Assembly (NCBI GenBank): GCA_951804945.1
Contig: OX638157.1
Location: 33,728,001-33,792,000 of the forward strand
Direction: 5' to 3'
DNA length: 64,000 nt
DNA from: Podarcis cretensis
Lineage: Eukaryota
Of the stretch, positions 1-13,443 are shown in pieces. Position numbers and translations under genes: made by a program. The notes under the pieces are model-generated. The model did not search any database. It saw only the letters and a list, made by a program, of their open reading frames with translations, and was not told the origin of the DNA. Numbering within the stretch: the first letter of the stretch is position 1; every line of letters starts with the position of its first letter.

Positions 1-658
1 GCCCCATTGACATATTTATTAATCACATTTATTTCAATGGGATTTTGACATGTTATTTCCTCTGGATTGTGCCATATGCACACTAAGTAAGTGCTATAAG
101 AAGTATTCATTATCATAATTTGACACATATTAAAAAGCTTGAAAGCATTTGTAAACAACCTCTGCATTTAACCTTTGTAGCTTAGAAGCAGAAACGATAA
201 AGCAGATGTTTGAAATACTGATTAACTGTTGATGATAAGTACCAATAAAATTTTCCTACTGAATTATTATTTAGGGTACAGGGACTAGAATGTTTAAAAT
301 ACTATCATTTACTCTGTTCAGGCTTGAATTGCCATCCCAACATTAAAATTTTTGGATGAGGGTTGGTAGGCCCAATATCCTTCTTCAATGATAAATTTTG
401 ACTATGTGCAGTACATGAAGTTTTGGGATGGTGGAAATGGCAGGAGGAAATTCCGCAGCTTATAAATTCAGTTTTCCCTTGTCATGTGATTTCATTATAT
501 TTACTATTAGAAAATTTAATTTGAGCTATAACAATCCAGAGCAAATGTAACTTTTGCTCTTAACTATATAAGCAGGATGTTCTGACAGCTATAAGGGATA
601 TGTCCTCAGCCATTTTTGACAATATACAACTTAAATTATGTACTTTACAGCCACTATG

Positions 659-800
659 CAGGAAGCTGCCTTATACTGAATTTAATCACTGGTCAATCTA
701 GCTTAACATTCTCTATACTAAAATCTCAGCAGCTCTTTGGTATTTTAGGTGGAATTCTATTCTCTCGTATGTCCTGGAGATTTCAGGCATTGAATCTGGA
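659..800 (-). mobile_element. Degenerate Squam2-like tRNA-derived SINE fragment
   Basis: GGAAGCTGCCTTATACTGA...GGTCAATCTAGCT...CCTGGAGAT...ATTGAATCTGG is the reverse complement of the 3' body shared with copies at 6510-6838 and 57065-57250. Confidence 0.55.
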
Positions 801-996
801 GTGGTGGTGGTGTGGAGCTACTGTGTACAAGAATGGTGGGGGGCCTGGTCATGGCAGCAGTGAGCTGGGCAGTTTGGCTCTGCTAGTGCATCCAAGATGC
901 CTTGCTCTTGCCCTTGCCACTGCCCTGCCCTGCCCTACTCCCACACTATCTTGATATTCAATAGCAAAACCACTGCCAGGAGGCCAGATCTGTAGT

Positions 997-1059
997 GAAG
1001 AAGAAGAAGAAGAAGAAGAAGAAGAAGAAGAAGAAGAGGAGGAGGAGGAGGAGGAGGAG
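997..1059 (+). repeat. Compound microsatellite (GAA)n(GAG)n, the SINE tail
   Basis: Directly visible. It explains the poly-K/R and poly-S ORFs in the track. Confidence 0.95.
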
Positions 1060-1289
1060 TTTGGATTTGATATCCCGCCTTTCACTCCCCTTCAGGAGTC
1101 TCAAAGCGGCTAACATTCTCCTTTCCCTACCTTCCCCACAACAAACTCTCTGTGAGGTGAGTGGGGCTGAGACACTTCAAAGAAGTGTGACTGGCCCAAG
1201 GTCACCCAGCAGCTGCATGTGGAGGAGCGGAGATGCGAACCCGGTTCCCCAGATTACGAGACTACCGCTCTTAACCACTACACCACACT
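997..1289 (-). mobile_element. Squam3-like tRNA-derived SINE with (CTC)n(TTC)n tail
   Basis: On the minus strand: A-box TGGTGTAGTGG, B-box-like GGTTCGCATC, a body ending GATATCAAATCCAAAC, then a microsatellite tail. Nearly collinear with copies at 17038-17280 and 26311-26556. Confidence 0.85.
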
Positions 1290-2114
1290 AGTACCTTCCT
1301 TTAACCACCTGCTGCTCCTTCCTGGGACCTACCATTTAATATTTTTTTTTTAAAGCTGGAGGTTCAATGCAACAAAAATAAAGCACACATTTTTGAGCTT
1401 ACCCTTTCCCCCCAACACCACCACTATAACTACCAGAAAATAGATACTAACAGAGGGGTGGGGATTGTGATAAGATAAACACTAGATACTTTAGGCTTCT
1501 CCAATAAAGTCATCTATAAGCCTGAAGTCCCCTCAGCTGAGATATGTATACAGGGCCAAGTGTAAATCTGGAGATAAAATACCACTACTTTTTACTTGTC
1601 CCCACAAGCAGACTTCGAATGATGTACCTCTACCACAATGCTAGATGTAATATCACATAGTGAAAGAATCATACTTATTCAATAAAGCAATAACAATATA
1701 ATCATTCTCATTGTGAAAGCACCAACTGCCAAGCCAATTCCCATATCACTGACAGTATACAGTTGGAAAGACTTCACCATACACCATATAATTTATTACT
1801 GCTCAAAAGAATTGCTTCTAAGTTTGGTCTTGTAAATTTCCTGGCTGAGGATCAATATCACTTGTGTAAAGCTACAGTTATTCTGTATAACTACAGTGTA
1901 AGTCCTGTCAGAAAATGTTGCGTGTATACAGCCCTAGGGATATCTTTGAGTAGCGCTTTTCATTTGGAAAGCCATTTTTGTTGCGTGTATGACTTTTGGA
2001 GTGGCTATCCAAATCATTTCTGTGATGCTGGGTATACTGTGAGAACATGCAGTGAAAGCCATTTTAAAACACAATGAATATTTTCCGTCCCTTCGTTCAG
2101 TTGTGTTGTTATGA

Positions 2115-2350
2115 ATAATAGAATCATAGAATTGTAGAGTTGGAATTCCAGTCCAACCCCCAGGCACCACAACTAAAGAATCCCTGACAAATGACAATCC
2201 CACCACTGCTTTAAAATGTCCAATGAAAGAGAGACCACCACTTTCTGAGGTAGATTGCCTTTAGAACAGGACATTGTGCAGAAGATCTTCTCTTTACCTT
2301 TCTGTATTACATGCATGAAACTGAAATTCAAATAAATCCATTGTCCAGCT
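2115..2350 (-). mobile_element. Old CR1 LINE 3' fragment
   Basis: ATAGAATCATAGAATTGTAGAGTTGGAA...TCCAACCCC is the same tail and 3' UTR as the young CR1 copies, followed by degenerate ORF2 end. Confidence 0.7.
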
Positions 2351-3351
2351 AAGAGATAGAGAACTCGTGGTCCTCCAGGATGTTGTTTACTTTTCAGAAG
2401 AGAAATCATTGTTTACTCCCCGATATGCATACTTTTTGTCACTTCATGTCTAACATACCACACATATGAGGAATATTCAGAAGAATGGTCCGACACTTGT
2501 GGATATCCCATAGAAAAAAAGAACAATTATTACCACTTTCCTCAATGTCAGTGCAGTGTGATTTTTTTTTACCAAAGCTCCTCACATCAAATGCTCTGTT
2601 GCAAATGAATGCCTTGTTCTGTGGTTGAGATGGAGAATGATATTCATAGTGGACAAGCATAGCCATGAAATCAATTGTTGGAGGATAAGCTCACTTATCG
2701 GTGACCCTATTTCATTCTGCCTATCAAACTGCTTGCATTATCCTCTGTCTGAGTTTTTCATGCATTTTGGTATAGCTATTATAGAGGAATGAACTAGTTA
2801 TGGCTTATGGTAATATGGCTGTCTTAGTTCAAGCAAGTGAAAAAGATACTTTATCTTTCTAAAATGGAAGGCAGAAGGAAATCTTTATTCCCCTTCACCG
2901 TGAACAGATGTGGCAGGCGCTGGTCTGGAATAAATTTCCTTTCTCTTTTGTATTGTCTTATCAACCTTGAATTGGTTTCTAGCAGATGATCTGGCTGTCA
3001 CTCTGGAGCACATCTTTTTATTGATGAAAAGGAGAGAAAGTCATTAGTAGTAATGCTGGTGAAGGAGCATGTAATAGAAGAAGCACAGAATGAAAAACAC
3101 AAATAGAATATTAAATCCAACAACTTGTAAAAATTCATGTGTCACTGAAAATGAGGTTGCCACACAGAGAAGTCAAGATACTGGCTTAAAAATCTGGCTT
3201 CAGAAAGAGTTATGGTAGATCCAGTCAAGTTGAGGAACATTTCCAGACTTTTCACTAGTATTGTATTCTCCTGTGTCATTATGTAGTCTTCTGCAGAAAG
3301 CCTATCCTACTGAACCACATTTCATTCACTGTTTATTTCCATTGTTCTGTG

Positions 3352-3457
3352 CAAGTAGGGGGAACCTGTAGCCTTCCAGGTTGGACTCCAACTCTGATCA
3401 GCCCCAGCCAGCATGGTCAATGATTATAGGTGATGGGAGTTGTAATCCAGCAAGATC
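3352..3457. mobile_element. Degenerate short hAT-type MITE
   Basis: Internal inverted motifs GGACTCCAACTC...GGGAGTTGTAATCC shared with the TSD-flanked copy at 6577-6704. Similar remnants at about 15131-15268 and 20990-21098. Confidence 0.5.
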
Positions 3458-6400
3458 TTCTCATTCTTGCTCCATAGTGAACAGTGGGAGGAAAGAGGAA
3501 CTTGGCGAGTTTCATAGCATCTGCAAAAATTAGAAATGGGCATGGCTTCTGAGAAGGTGGTACATCAGCCCATTGATTTGTGTTGACTAGTAAGATGCAC
3601 ATGAATTACATATTCCAGAGGGGTGGCACTGGCAATTTTTAGGGTATGAATGTACAAGCTTAAGGCCAAGTGGGTGTCTTTTCCTTAGAATTGATTTTTT
3701 GGAAGTAAAGTCCCATCATCTGTAGAAGCTGCTAGCTATTTTGCTGCATGCATTTGTTAGTATATTCCTTGACATGTCATGTTATCCTTCTATTTCCGTA
3801 CTAGGGATTATTATTTATTATAATCAATTCTTTTTATGACCTGTTTCTAGTGTCTGGTGGTCATTGACCTAAATGGCAATTCAACAACTCTATGAGCCCA
3901 GCCTCGTAGAACAGTTGAAAGAGCTTTCTGCAGGCCTTTGTTATAAAGCAGATTTAAGGTTAATCCTTAAATTAAATCCTTACAGATATAATGTGGAAAT
4001 TTAGATTTTAGATTACCTGATTTCTCCCTTTAAAAGAGCCATGGAGGCGTCAGTTTTTTTTAATCAAGTAGTGTTACTTGAGCAGGGGGGTGATACTTCT
4101 CTCTGTTATATTTTACTGGTCTATATAGTCCCTTGAAGCTGCTATTCTCTTTTGGAAATAGTAAAGACTTTATTATAATAATGATGTCTCAGTGCTTTTG
4201 GTGGGTGGTTGAGATGGGGTGGGGGGGATGGATAAAGGGTAAAACCCCATCACCATCATTCTGATAAAAAATAGAGCTCCCAATGGCTGCTTAGGGGAGA
4301 AATGGAGATCCAGTCCCTGATTTCTCAGATCACTGATCTGCCATGGTCCTCAGAAGTTTATAGAAGTGAGTCAAAGAAAGCTATGGAAGTAGACAAGGCT
4401 CCTATAGTCCTTGAGACACATATAAAGGCAGAATAGCCTCCTTGGTTGAAATCAGATAAGCCTTTAAAAAAAAAAAAAAAAAAAACCTCTTCAAAATGTG
4501 GATTTTGGAGAGCATAGTCTAACAGAGAATATTTTAAGTGCAAAACCTAAAAAGTTATTCCTTAGATTTAATTTGCTGGTTACCTTTAAAGAGCTGTAGG
4601 AGGGAAGGTGCTATAGTTTTGCTTGTGACCACCAAAGGGTCTCCTTGAATTTGGTACCTGTGATATTCACCATCCTGTGCATTGCTGGTGGGGAAATTTA
4701 ATAAAGATTAACGACAGGTTGGGAAGGGGAGGGGAGGTGGTGATGAGTCACCTGTCTCCAACAGATGAAGAAGCAAGTAGCCTGATCCTTACCTGGTTTG
4801 TTCAGAAGTAAATACTGCAAAGCTCCTTGCAACTAAGACTTTGACAAATGTGTTGAGGACTGAAGCACCTGTTACTTTTGGACTACGTGTTCAAATCAGT
4901 CCTCTCACACATTTAATAAATAATCACGAGATGAGAGCTGGATCATGTCCTCAACCCATGCCCCTACAATGCTTACGCATTCACTGGCAACCATGCCTAT
5001 GAGGCTAAATGCAAACAGATATGAGAAAGTAAGGCACTCCCATTTAAGAGGCAACTCTGGTCAATAAGAGTTCCTGTTCCCTTAAAAGAGAAGTATCTGT
5101 GTACATCTGTATGAGAGTATGCCCTCTTTCTTACTAACAACAAATGTCTGCCGCCTGGGAAGGGGCATAACTAGTGGACTCTTCAGCATTAGAGATGTGA
5201 CTTGCAAATGCAATTCCTCTCCCTTTCCACATGAGAGCAATTCATCTGAATTGTGGGCAATTCTGTGTGAGGGCAATTCATCTGACTTTTATAATCTGTA
5301 AACAATACATGGCTGAGAGGTCTTCGGCTTATTGAAACCAGTGAGGCTTCCCAGGAGTCCAATGATGCTAAGATACCAATGGAAACTGAAGACAGATAAA
5401 TGGATATGAACTGCTGCATAATCCATGAATCAAGTTTTGTGCTTAATCACAGAAATCACTTAATATTATTTATCCCATTCTCTCTCTCTTCCCTCTATAT
5501 TTCTAAGCAATAAATCAAATAACAAGTAAAACCCAGTGTAGCTGAGCACATTGAACAGCAATCAAAATCCTTATATAAATAAATGTGCCATAAAAGGAAC
5601 CTAAGAGAATATTGCTAATTGAAAGCAAATCATTTATTTTTTTTAAGATTAGACATCTGAGATTGTATGTAACACTGTGATGTGACATTTAGTTTAGGAT
5701 TATAAATGATATTGAATTCTATCATGGGGTCACAGGCATCACATTATTTTTTTTCAATTTCTAATCTACGAGCTACCCATTTTCTCTGAGATTGGACAGG
5801 TCCAGTCCTATTAAGATTTTTGACACAGAAGGTCAGGAACTTCATCCATATTTTTTTGTTATTTTTATTGTGCTTTTGTCAAAAGTTTCTCAGTCATACA
5901 GGAAAACTGAAATATCCAATAATAACAACTTTAATGGTTTTCTGCTCATGAGGCATGTTACACTTCTCTTCATTTTTGACTCGCTCTGTGAATAAACAAT
6001 GGTCTTTTAACCTCTTCTCCTCTAGCGTAACTAGACTGGGTATGGAAGGGGAAACTTTGTACATGAGAATATTTCACACACTTGTACCATGTGTGCTTAT
6101 TGAGTGCTTATTAGGAACAACAGTTTATGCAGGACATACATTGACCTAATTCAGCAGGGAAAATAACCTCCCATGGTTGTTCAAATCCAGCAGGCAGGAT
6201 ACAATACATACAGTAACACCTCCACATACACACATAGAAATAAATATTGTTCCCATTTTGCCCCATCACTCAGAAATGGCAGTGTGTAAATAGGCAAAGA
6301 ACTTTTAGATGTGTGTGGCAGTGAAAACTTAACCATGGCTTCAAGATAATATTCACAAGAGGGAGAATGTGTGAATGAAGTCAAGGACAAGAATTTAATC

Positions 6401-6509
6401 TTGGCTGCCTTTGATAATTTCCATCAGTAGGGTTTCCATTCGCTATAAAATATAGTTTGCCCTACTCCTGTTCCATTAACAGAGTTTTGAAACGTGTCAT
6501 GGCATAGCT

Positions 6510-6838
6510 AGAAATATAGGAGGCTGACATATACTGAGTCAGACCATAGGTCTATTTAGTGCTGTATTGTCTACAGCAGGCATGGCCAAACGTGGCCCTC
6601 CAGCTGTTTTGGGACTACAATTCCCATCATTCCTGACCTGTTAGCTAAGGATGGTTGGAGTTGTAGCCCCAAAACAGCTGGAGAGCCAGGTTTGGCCATG
6701 CATGGTCTACAGTAACTGGGGGCACCTCTCCACAGTTCCAGGCGTAAGCCTTTCCAGGAAATACCTTGAGATATGGAGCTTTAACATGGACATTTTTGCA
6801 TGCAGAGCATATACTCTACCACTCAGCAATAGCCCTTC
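6510..6838 (-). mobile_element. Squam2-like SINE interrupted by a hAT MITE
   Basis: ATAGGAGGCTGACATATACTGAGTCAGACCA...ATTGTCTACA [insert] ...CTCTACCACTCAGCAATAGCCC, ending in the reverse complement of a tRNA-like head. Confidence 0.65.
6577..6704. mobile_element. Non-autonomous hAT MITE (128 bp)
   Basis: TIRs CAGGCATGGCCAAAC / GTTTGGCCATGCATG. Perfect 8-bp TSD GTCTACAG at 6569-6576 and 6705-6712. Confidence 0.85.
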
Positions 6839-8167
6839 CCTTTATTATAGCTAAATATTAGCAACTGATTACAGCAGCAGTCAAAACTTCCAAACACTGC
6901 TAAGGGAGGGCTGCTTAGAAGTTGGAAACTCACAGCAGAGGGTATGGGAAGGACAGGACAGGACCTGTACACCAGTTCCAGATTGGACCAGATGCCATTT
7001 TGTGACAGCAGTGGGACAAGATTGAGATCCAGCAGACCATGGGCTGCCTCAACTCCACCCTGGCCTCATCCCTTTGCCAGGCTTTCTTCAACCCTTGCTG
7101 GCAAAGATGCTGCCCACCTATTCAATGGCTGGTGGGAGGCTGACTCAACCAGTGGACCTCCATGCAATCCAACCTCCCACAGCATAAGGGGGAGTCTAAC
7201 TTCAGTGCAATACAGAATCCTTGCCCTTGTGTACTATGGAATCTCCACGGTTGCACATCCAGGTCTACTGGTTTCCATTCTTATCAAATTTCCTATCCTG
7301 TTGAGTGATTTGTGGCTGCTTAGAGTCCTGAAAATATATCCTCTCTCGTTAGTGTTCAAGTGACTGGAGAAGCTGCAGTTGAAGAACTTCTTAAAGGAGG
7401 GGGAGGAATGGGTCTGGAAACCTTACCTGATTCTTCCTGAGTGCCATCCTGCTTTCAAAATCTTTCTAACAGGCAGGAAAATATCAGTTTGGTTCTTTAC
7501 ACCGAGAGACGAAGGAAAAGATACACTATGACTTCTCTCTCTGCTTATAGTGTTGCGTGATTGCCACACAATCAGAACAACCCACACAGCTGGAATACTG
7601 ATTAATAAATGAGAGGCACTGGGAGGAATATATTCCAATCACTCCGCAGAGTTAGCAGAACGAGAGGAAATTGATGGAATAACTTTAAACAACAGGGAAA
7701 TTTGAGGAAATTACAATTTGCTTATGGATATCCTATCAGCACACACAAAAAGGGCAAAACTTGTCCAATAAATAATTCATGGTGGAATATTTGCTCAACC
7801 CTAACTGATTCTCCCCCCTTTTATTTCCGTCATGAAAATAGAAGTACTTCTTATTAGCATAGAATTGAAAATGTGCTTTAAATTAAATTACCTCACATTA
7901 TGCATTCTGCAGTTGACCGTCTCCCTAGGATGGGCACAACACTGTTTTCCTTGTTCTGCAGCTGTCCTTCCTGCACCACATTGTTACTATTGAAGTATAC
8001 TTTTGTTTTGCATCTGCATATGAGGAGTCAATCAAAAACTATTCTTTGACCTGCGTGCCCTGTCAGTTGGAGGTGGGGGTGGAATATCATTTCTTCTGCA
8101 AGCACTGTGCAAGCCTTTCTCTGGTTTTGCTTGCTAAATCTTATTGCATAGTAGTAGTCACAGAATA

Positions 8168-8550
8168 AGTAAGTAAAAACTAAAGGGCCCTTGGATGGTT
8201 AAGTCCAGTGAAAGGCGACTATGGGATACGGCACTCATCTCACTTTAGGCTGAGGGAGCAGGCGTTTGTCCACAGACAGCTTTCTGGGTCATGTGGCCAG
8301 CATGACTAAACTGCTTCTGGTGCAACGGAACACCATGACAGAAGCAAGAGTGCATGGAAACACCATTTACCTTCCCACTGCAGTGGTACCTATTTATCTA
8401 CTTGCACCGGTGTGCTTTTGAACTGCTAGGTTGGCAGAAGCTGGGACAGAGCAACGGGAGTTGACCCTGTTGCACAGATTTGAAACTCTGTCCTTCCAAT
8501 CAGCAAGCCCAAGAGGCCCAGTAGTTTAGACAACAGCACCACCCACTCCA
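8168..8550 (-). mobile_element. Sauria SINE (Squam1), older copy
   Basis: Diagnostic blocks GGGTCATGTGGCCAGCATGAC and CCTATTTATCTACTTGCAC...GAACTGCTAGGTTGGCAG. 13-bp TSD TAGT(C/T)ACAGAATA at 8155-8167 and 8552-8564. Confidence 0.85.
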
Positions 8551-10016
8551 CTAGTTACAGAATAGGCTGGTGCTGATTCCCCTTTCCTTTGATGGCAGAG
8601 TATGCATCTGTACTTAAGTGAATACTTTATTATGCAACTGTAGATGAACATAGCATCACAGGCTACTCACCTCTGATTTAGAAAGACCCCAAAGCCAAAC
8701 AGGAAACTTTTATATCCCTTTGTGCTAAGGAGAGCCAGTGACCATTCTGGTTGAAGTTTTAATGTTGAGGGAAATGATCTAAACTTAATTCTATTGGTTA
8801 CCACATAGGAGAGTTGTGCTCAGAATTTTGGAGAGCTGATTCTTGATCCAGGAGGTCCTCACAATGTTTAAAGACAGAATAAATTTGTGTTTTTGTGTGT
8901 TCATACAATGTTCTTGGAAGACATTGATCCCAAATGACCAAAATAACCAAATAAATGAATTATTGGTGTACTCCTGTTAAAGTTTTGAGCACGGTAACTT
9001 TCTGCAATAAAGCATTTCAACATAAAGTCCATTTCCTTTCTGTTCTTCAGTTGTCCTTGTAGTTTTGTTCTTAACACAAAGCTAGCTGGTTCTCCCTATA
9101 ATTATACTTGTTAAGAAAAGAAACCTATTTTTATCCAAACACAGGCTAAGCTTAGAGCTGTGCAATTTCACGTTTCAGAGCAGAACTTTAGGTTAGTTTG
9201 GCATAGTTGTTGGTATACATAATTAGCACCTGAGCACAAAAATTGGAGCTAATTGAAAATGCCACATTGAAGCTTATTATGCTTTTCATGGTTGAGATTA
9301 CCATATGCTCTAGAACTGATCTGTTGATGGAAATAAAGATAGCTAAAAGTGGAGATTTCTGATAAATTATAAATCTTTCCCTTGATGCATATTCTCCAAT
9401 GAATGTGATAAATCTAATCTGGTGGGACTCGTATTAGGAATAGTACTGCATTGGCTGACAAAACACATTGCTGGGAATTGCACCACAATACTAAACAAGC
9501 AATTACTCATAGATGCTCTGAGAAGCTAGTTGTCTGCCAGAAATGGTGCAGGTAGAGAGATGTGTGCTATTTTTGTAATCTATGGCCTACTACGTTACCC
9601 ACAGCAGAGACTAATGGCCTGAAAAAAGATGATGAGCTCACTAGACAGCAATGCACTATAGTATGCAACTTTTTGTCAATATGGCCACCCACTTAAAGCA
9701 GCAAATAGTAACACAGGGGATAATCAATGACCCATCTACTGCAATGTGATCTTCCAAACATTAGGACGATTACCAAAGAGATTCAGGAAGGAGGGACAGT
9801 GGTAATATCGCTACAGTTAGCTGTAATATATATTGTAATAAAGTTTTTGGGGGTGATTGACTGAGCTTCCCATGGAACATAGGAAGCTGCCTACCATGCC
9901 AGACTATTTAACATTTATCCCAGTATTGTCTACTCTGGCAGCACTGGATCAGAGTCTGGCATTGGAGAACTGTGGCAGCGCATCTGCCTTACATGCAGGT
10001 TCCATCCCCAGGTTGG

Positions 10017-10464
10017 TGTCAGCTACATTCCTTCACTGACGAGGAATGAGAACACTGGCATAGAGAAAGAGCAGATAAGAATGGAATGCAGAGGGGAGGG
10101 AGAAGGGGCAAAGAGCAGCCATAACTTGATCTCTGGGCTTAGGGATAAGGGAAAGGAGAGCCAGAGTGAAAGAATGCAGCTTGTCAGCCCAGACAGTGAC
10201 CAAGACCCAGGAATCCCGGCAGTGCCTTCTCCAAAATCTCGTAAGATCATAAGACTTTATGAGAAGCGTGAAAAGAAAAGGAAGAGGAGGTGGGGGTTTT
10301 CCTGTTGGGGAAAAGGGGGCGGGGCTTAGTTCCAGCAACTGTGCTATCTGAGGATGATGTCAATTAGCTGAGTTCCAACCTGGTTTGTTTGTTTGAACAA
10401 TAAATCTGAAATAATTGACTGCCAGAGTGGTCTCACGTTTGTGGGAGAGACCCAGGCCATTACA
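10017..10464 (+). mobile_element. Solo LTR (~450 bp)
   Basis: TG...CA termini, GC-box GGGGGCGGGGC at about 10314, AATAAA at about 10398, 5-bp TSD GTTGG/GCTGG. It interrupts a Squam2-like SINE remnant that resumes at 10465. Confidence 0.6.
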
Positions 10465-10514
10465 GCTGGGCATTGAATGACCCCTGTCTGAAACCATAGA
10501 AAACTACTATTAAT

Positions 10515-11168
10515 GCAAAGAATGATTGCGTGGTGATTCCCCCCCCCCTCCCAAGTTGGATAGAAATAAAGACACAGGACACCAGAATTTAAGGTTAATG
10601 GGCAAAAAATGGCCACAACTTTATTGATTACAGGTAGGAGCAGTATTGGCTTTAGGCATTGGTCCTATCAGACTATCCGGTAAAGACTGGGAGGGGTTAA
10701 CTCCAACAGGGGGAGCCCCTGAGATGCACATCCCTAGGTGTTCCCTGAGGGGTCACCGCTCGGGGGTGCACTTTAGGCCCTAGCCTCCATAGGTTTCGGA
10801 CGAGGCAACGCCCCCCGGAATCCTTTATCGGACTACCCCTCAACATTTGGGGGAGGTGATGGCGCTCCTCCCCCCCAACTCATCAGCATAATAATACCCC
10901 TACCAATGCCTAACCGCCCAAACCAAAGGTGTTGTGACGTTTTGCTACGAGGTAGGCGAAAAAACCAAATGGCTTTAAAAACAATGCCAATTAGCCAAGT
11001 GGAAAAACTCCTACCAGGCCCCTTGCGGCAACCAACCGAGGTCCATAGCAAAGTCAGAGGGGAAAACCTAGAGGGTGGGTGGGTGGGAAACTGCAGCTGA
11101 ATCAAAGAAGAAAAGGGGCGTTCTCGGGCCGCGCTGTCCTTAAATGACCCAAGCCCTGGGAGTTTCAC
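10515..11168 (-). mobile_element. Probable second LTR-like element
   Basis: CpG-rich block ending in ...TTTCACA, with a minus-strand AATAAA at about 10620. No clean TSD and the left boundary is uncertain. Confidence 0.4.
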
Positions 11169-13415
11169 ATAACCTGCTACCTGATCCCAGAACTTGTTGC
11201 ATGTGAAGCATGTGCTCAGCAGCCCTGATATCATAGAGGCATAGTGCAGAGAAAGCACAAGAGTAAAGAAAGAACCAATAGAAGATGCAGGGGACTGAAA
11301 CGTTTGGCATTGCAAATGTGGATTTGGTCTTCAGAACATGCCCAGATGGAAGTTTTGAAGAGAGGCTAAGTGTACACATCTCTCTCCGGCAACCTGTGTA
11401 GGCTGGCACTGCCAGTCCATGTGAGAGGTTTCTCTCCCACCTCTATCTGCAGCACAGATTGAAGGGGTAGAGGATCCTCACTGGCAATCTGCATTGAGTA
11501 GAGCAGCTACGTAAGAGCTCAAAAGGAAATATGTCACAGTTTGCAGAGGCAAGTTTTGGTGCTTCACACAGAGAGTTTGGAATAGAAGACTGAAATAGAA
11601 AGCTGTCATACAGCATTTAATATTTTAACATGGAAAGGCTGGAATATGCCTGATAAAATAGCAACAACAACAAAAACATGGTAGTATGCTGTTTAAGGGG
11701 TGGGGAAGCATATCTAAAGTTGGGCATATCTAAAGTTGCACATTGGATCTCAGCCATTTTCTTTATTAAATTTGTCATTATGGAATATTAAAGTTCACTG
11801 AGAAATTTCTGCACTCAGCTTATACCTGACCTTTCCCTTTGTCCTAAGCTATGTGTTAATTATTGGATTGTCCTTTACTTAATAAAGGACTTCATCCTAT
11901 CTACTCAAAACATATCCAGAATCCTCTTTTAGGGTCTAGGAACCTAGATAAGAAGACTGCTAACTGCAAGGCAATATAGGATATTAAATTTCACTGGTGC
12001 ATTCATCCCTCTGTCCTTAATATATTTTTGTTTGCTTTAGGATATTAGATATTGTTGGTCATTGAGATATAGCTGTACATTTTATTATTGACTCTTTCCA
12101 GTTTTATTTAAATCCTAATTTCTTAAATCCCAGCCTCATGGGTGCACGACATGAAGCTCTACCTCAGCCTTTGACAACCTGGTGTCTTCAAGATGGGACT
12201 GATGTGATTTGCAGTCCAGAACATCTGCATGGCACTGAGCTGGCTAATGAAGGCTGTTCTGCTTTGTGCACCTGACTCACCAAGGTCAGTAGGACATAAT
12301 ATGGCACTTTTGAATTTACGTGGGGATACACACATGAAATACAAAGGTCCATAAACTAAAACAAATTTGGGGGAAAATCCTATGTGAATTAAATAATCTG
12401 ATGATTAGAGTTTACTCACTGATATTTTGCAGGTTTGTTATTGTTGCTGTTTTAACTATGCCACAAGTAGACAATGAAATTATGAAGTGTCATAGACTCT
12501 GCAACCTTTTTCTGGAAAAGGACACCCTGTGTCTAAATTCAAGCAGCTTTCTCTTATTGTCATTTCTGATCAGCTTCTTGAGAGCCTCTGTATTCTGCAA
12601 GAATCAACAGTAAAATGTTAAGTGTTCAGTCATTAAAAAATCATTTGATATTCATTGAAACACTATTAATCATCACACATTCATTTGGCATTCATGGGGC
12701 TGTCACACGGACTTCTCTAGGAGTTCAGTTATAATATGCATTAGCTAATGAGCATATAAAGCATTCCTGAATCAACATAGCAGCACAACATTTTTCTTAT
12801 TTGCATTATTCATGTTCGGTAGATTTTAGGGTTGCAATAGCTGAGGCATACTTTTGGCTTTTCTGGGGGGGAATTGAGGCAGCTGCTATCAATATATTTA
12901 CTTATGAGAGCCCAATGATTTGTGTGTTAGCTAACAGCTGCCCTGCATGCCTGGAACTTTGCCATTTCAATGTGTTTCTGTTGTCAGAATTGAAGCAGAA
13001 TGTACAATGCAGTATAGGTCTTTAGATCCATGAGTGCCTCTTTGTGGGCAGTCTGCTGTACATCATCAAGCTACTGATGCGATTTGCTTCTAAGTAAGAG
13101 GCACTTGCTTTCACAGTGCTAAAGAAATCTTTCAATATTTATGAATGTAGCAATCTGGCTTAATTGTGAAGAAGAATGCTTGTGTTTGCCCCCAGTTCTC
13201 TGATAATATAAGAAGCCTGATGTCCTTCGTTATGAAAAGCACATTCTGGATTCAGGCACATGACCCTTCCTGCTTGGATGTATCAACCGAATGTTTAGTG
13301 GTGACCTTTAGAAGCTGCCATTAATCCTTCATCTATGAGGGGTGGGGGGATAAAGGCTATTGTGCTTTTGCTAACATTTTCTGTAACATTTTCTTTTCTC
13401 CTCTTTGTTTCATAG

Positions 13416-13443
13416 TGTGGCCGTGTTCCAGGAAAGTGTGCAA
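13416..13443 (+). other. Candidate 28-nt exon of an unidentified host gene
   Basis: Branch-point-like TGCTAAC (13369-13375), an AG-free polypyrimidine tract, acceptor CATAG, donor CAA|GTATGG. Open in all three frames (e.g. VAVFQESVQ). Confidence 0.4.

Noticed and set aside
849-1291. Poly-Ser and poly-Lys/Arg ORFs
   Set aside because: They are translations of the SINE microsatellite tail.
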